Shown here in pieces: positions 61,335 to 64,000 of a DNA stretch of 64,000 nucleotides (positions are counted from its first letter, which is position 1; the number at the start of each line of letters is the position of its first letter). The notes under the pieces were generated by a model that was not told the DNA's origin, searched no databases, and worked only from the letters and a program-made list of their open reading frames with translations. The translations under genes and the position numbers were made by a program. The DNA is from Ranitomeya imitator (lineage: Eukaryota): positions 151,032,001 through 151,096,000 of the forward strand of contig NC_091290.1 of the NCBI RefSeq assembly GCF_032444005.1. The letters run 5' to 3'.

Positions 61335-62515
61335 GAGCACCTCTATACTGCACAGTCCCATATAGTGCACCTCTATACTGTGGACCCCCATAAAGTGCAC
61401 CTCTATACTGTGCACCCCCATATAGTGCACCTCTATACTGTGGACCCCATAGAGTGCACCTATATACTGTGGACCCCCATAGAGTGCACCTCTATACTGT
61501 GCACCCCCATATAGTGCACCTCTATACTGTGGACCCCATAGAGTGCACCCCCATATAGTGCACCTCTATACTGTACACCCCCATATAGTGCACCTCTATA
61601 CTGTGGACCCCATAGAATGCACCTCTATACTGTGGATAACCATGAAGTGCACTTCTATATTGTGGACCACCATGAAGTGCACCTCTATACTGTTGACCCC
61701 CATAGAGTGCACCCCCATATAGTGCACCTCTATACTGTGGATAACCATGAAGTGCACTTCTATACTGTTGACCCCCATAGAGTGCACCTCTATACTGTGC
61801 ACCCCCATATAGTGCACCTCTATACTGTGGATAACCATGAAGTGCACTTCTATACTGTGGACCCCATAGAGTGCACCTCTATACTGTGCACCCCCATATA
61901 GTGCACCTCTATACTGTGGACCCCATAGAGTGCACCCCCATATAGTGCACCTCTATACTGTACACCCCCATATAGTGCACCTCTATACTGTGGACCCCAT
62001 AGAATGCACCTCTATACTGTGGATAACCATGAAGTGCACTTCTATACTGTGGACCACCATGAAGTGCACTTCTATACTGTGGACCACCATGAAGTGCACT
62101 TCTATACTGTGGACCACCATGAAGTGCACTTCTATACTGTGGACCACCATGAAGTGCACCTCTATACTGCACACCTTCTTAGAGTGCACTTCTATACTTT
62201 GGACCACCATAGAGTGCACCTCTATAATCTGCACCCCCACAGAGTGCACTTCTATACTGTGCACCCCCACAGAGTGCACTTCTATACTCTGGGCCCCCAC
62301 AGAGTGCACTTCTATACTGTGCACCCCCACAGAGTGCACTTCTATACTATGGACCCCCATAGAGTGAACATCTATACTGTGCACTTTTTTACTGTGCACC
62401 CTAATAGTGATGCCCCTATAGAGTGCCTCTTTATATTGTTCACCCCATACAGATGGCCCTATAGGGTGCTTCTTTATATCATGCACCCCCACAGAGTGCA
62501 CCTCTATACTGTCTT
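61335..62515. repeat. 29-30-bp minisatellite
   Basis: Unit AGTGCACCTCTATACTGTG(C/G)ACCCCCATA(T/G); CACCATGA variants; degenerate 3' end. Confidence 0.93.
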
Positions 62516-62674
62516 CCCCCATATAGTGCCCCCCAGATATGTTCCTCCTTCCTAATTTCCTGTCTGCTCTCAGCCCCCCCTTCCCGTTGTGTGACCCTCT
62601 CACTGTCTCCCAATCAGCCCATATTAGTGATGTCTCCATGAGTGAGGTTCCCGGTCATTGCGCCCCACTCCCTG

Positions 62675-62706
62675 TCCTCCTCCTCCTCCTCCTCCTCCTC
62701 CTCCTC
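62675..62706. repeat. (TCC)n microsatellite
   Basis: About 10.7 perfect TCC units. Confidence 0.95.
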
Positions 62707-63124
62707 GCCTGCGCCTCCCTCCCTCTCTCATCTCCTGCTCTGTATAATTAGCTCCTTGTCACCTTTGCATCTGCTCAGTCTCCAGCTCCCTTCACACTTC
62801 TGTCACCGGCTCCTTCCATCTTATTAATGTCCCATTTAATGTCTTACTCTGTCTCACTGCTCCATTAAGTTCTCCATTCATCTCAGTCAGAGCGCTGCAC
62901 TCCACTCTCCCCCTGCTGCTCCCTCCTGGATCTCCCTGTGGAGGGGGATATAGTGCAATACTCCCATTATTATCACTTCTGGGTCTTAGATCCTGATCTT
63001 TGATCCCCATCCCACTATATCCCCCCAACCCCCGAACTCCGCATCTGCCATCCCCATTTATCTCTCTACACACCACCTATCCATAAACCCCATCCTTCAT
63101 ACAGTCCTCCATGTAACGTGGTAA

Positions 63125-64000
63125 CTAGCAGAACAGTGAGTGCAGCTCTGGAGTATAATACAGGATGTAACTCAGGACCAGTAATGTAATGTATGTACAC
63201 AGTGACTGCACCAGCAGAATAGTGAGTGCAGCTCTGGGGTATAATAAAGGATGTAACTCAGGATCAGTAATGTAATGTATGTACACAGTGACTGCACCAG
63301 CAGAATAGTGAGTGCAGCTCTGGGGTATAATACAGGATGTAACTCAGGATCAGTAATGTAATGTATATACATAGTGACTGCACCAGCAGAATTGTGAGTG
63401 CAGCTCTGGAGTATAATACAGGCTGTAACTCAGGATCAGTAATGTATGTACACAGTGACTGCACCAGCAGAATAGTGAGTGCAGCTCTGGAGTATAATAC
63501 AGGATGTAACTCAGGATCAGTAATGTATGTACACAGTGACTGCACCAGCAGAATAGTGAGTGCAGCTCTGGAGTATAATACAGGATGTAACTCAGGATCA
63601 GTAATGTAATGTATGTACACAGTGACTGCACCAGCAGAATAGTGAGTGCAGCTCTGGAGTATAATACAGGATGTAACTCAGGATCAGTAATGTAATGTAT
63701 GCACACAGTGACTGCACCAGCAGAATAGTGAGTGCAGCTCTGGGGTATAATACAGGATGTAACTCAGGATCAGTAATGTAATGTATGTACACAGTGACTG
63801 CTCCAGCAGAATAGTGAGTGCAGCTCTGGGGTATATTACAGGATGTAACTCAGGATCAGTAATGTAATGTATGTACAAAGTGACTCCACCAGCAGAATAG
63901 TGAGTGCAGCTCTGGGGTATAATACAGGATGTAACTCAGGATCAGTAATGTATGTACACAGTGACTGCACCAGCAGAATAGTGAGTGCAGCTCTGGAGTA
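63125..64000 (-). repeat. 86/81-bp satellite array 3, inverted, runs off the window end
   Basis: Reverse complement of the monomer at 35340 and 39585; ORF track gives the same peptides on the opposite strand. Confidence 0.97.

Noticed and set aside
1-64000. CRISPR-like reading of the regular arrays
   Set aside because: Units are head-to-tail with no unique spacers, there are no cas genes, and the context is vertebrate.

Overview
Repeat-dominated vertebrate DNA. The element types (V-SINE-like SINE, CR1, Tc1, Harbinger/hAT MITEs, Helitron) and the minisatellite style look anuran, recalling poison-frog/toad genomes; that assignment is unverified recall. Roughly two thirds of the window (about 42 kb by manual tally) is a patchwork of at least 16 unrelated tandem arrays with 22-86 bp units. 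I recognise no host protein-coding gene. The very long ORFs (1373, 1312, 766, 691, 540 aa) are translations of tandem repeats. The only recognisable protein sequences are transposon relics: a 5'-truncated CR1 ORF2 and two decayed Tc1 transposases. Short unique islands between arrays carry homeodomain/Pbx/Meis/Sox/E-box and CTCF-like motifs, which suggests a large intron or gene desert with cis-regulatory elements (inference). The most notable details are a decayed Penelope-type hammerhead motif, minisatellites carried inside a hAT element, a Helitron and a CR1 inserted into satellites, an emerging 93-bp higher-order repeat, local templated insertions, and one candidate 38-nt exon on the minus strand. 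I found no convincing wholly new biological system. Array boundaries and copy numbers are manual estimates.
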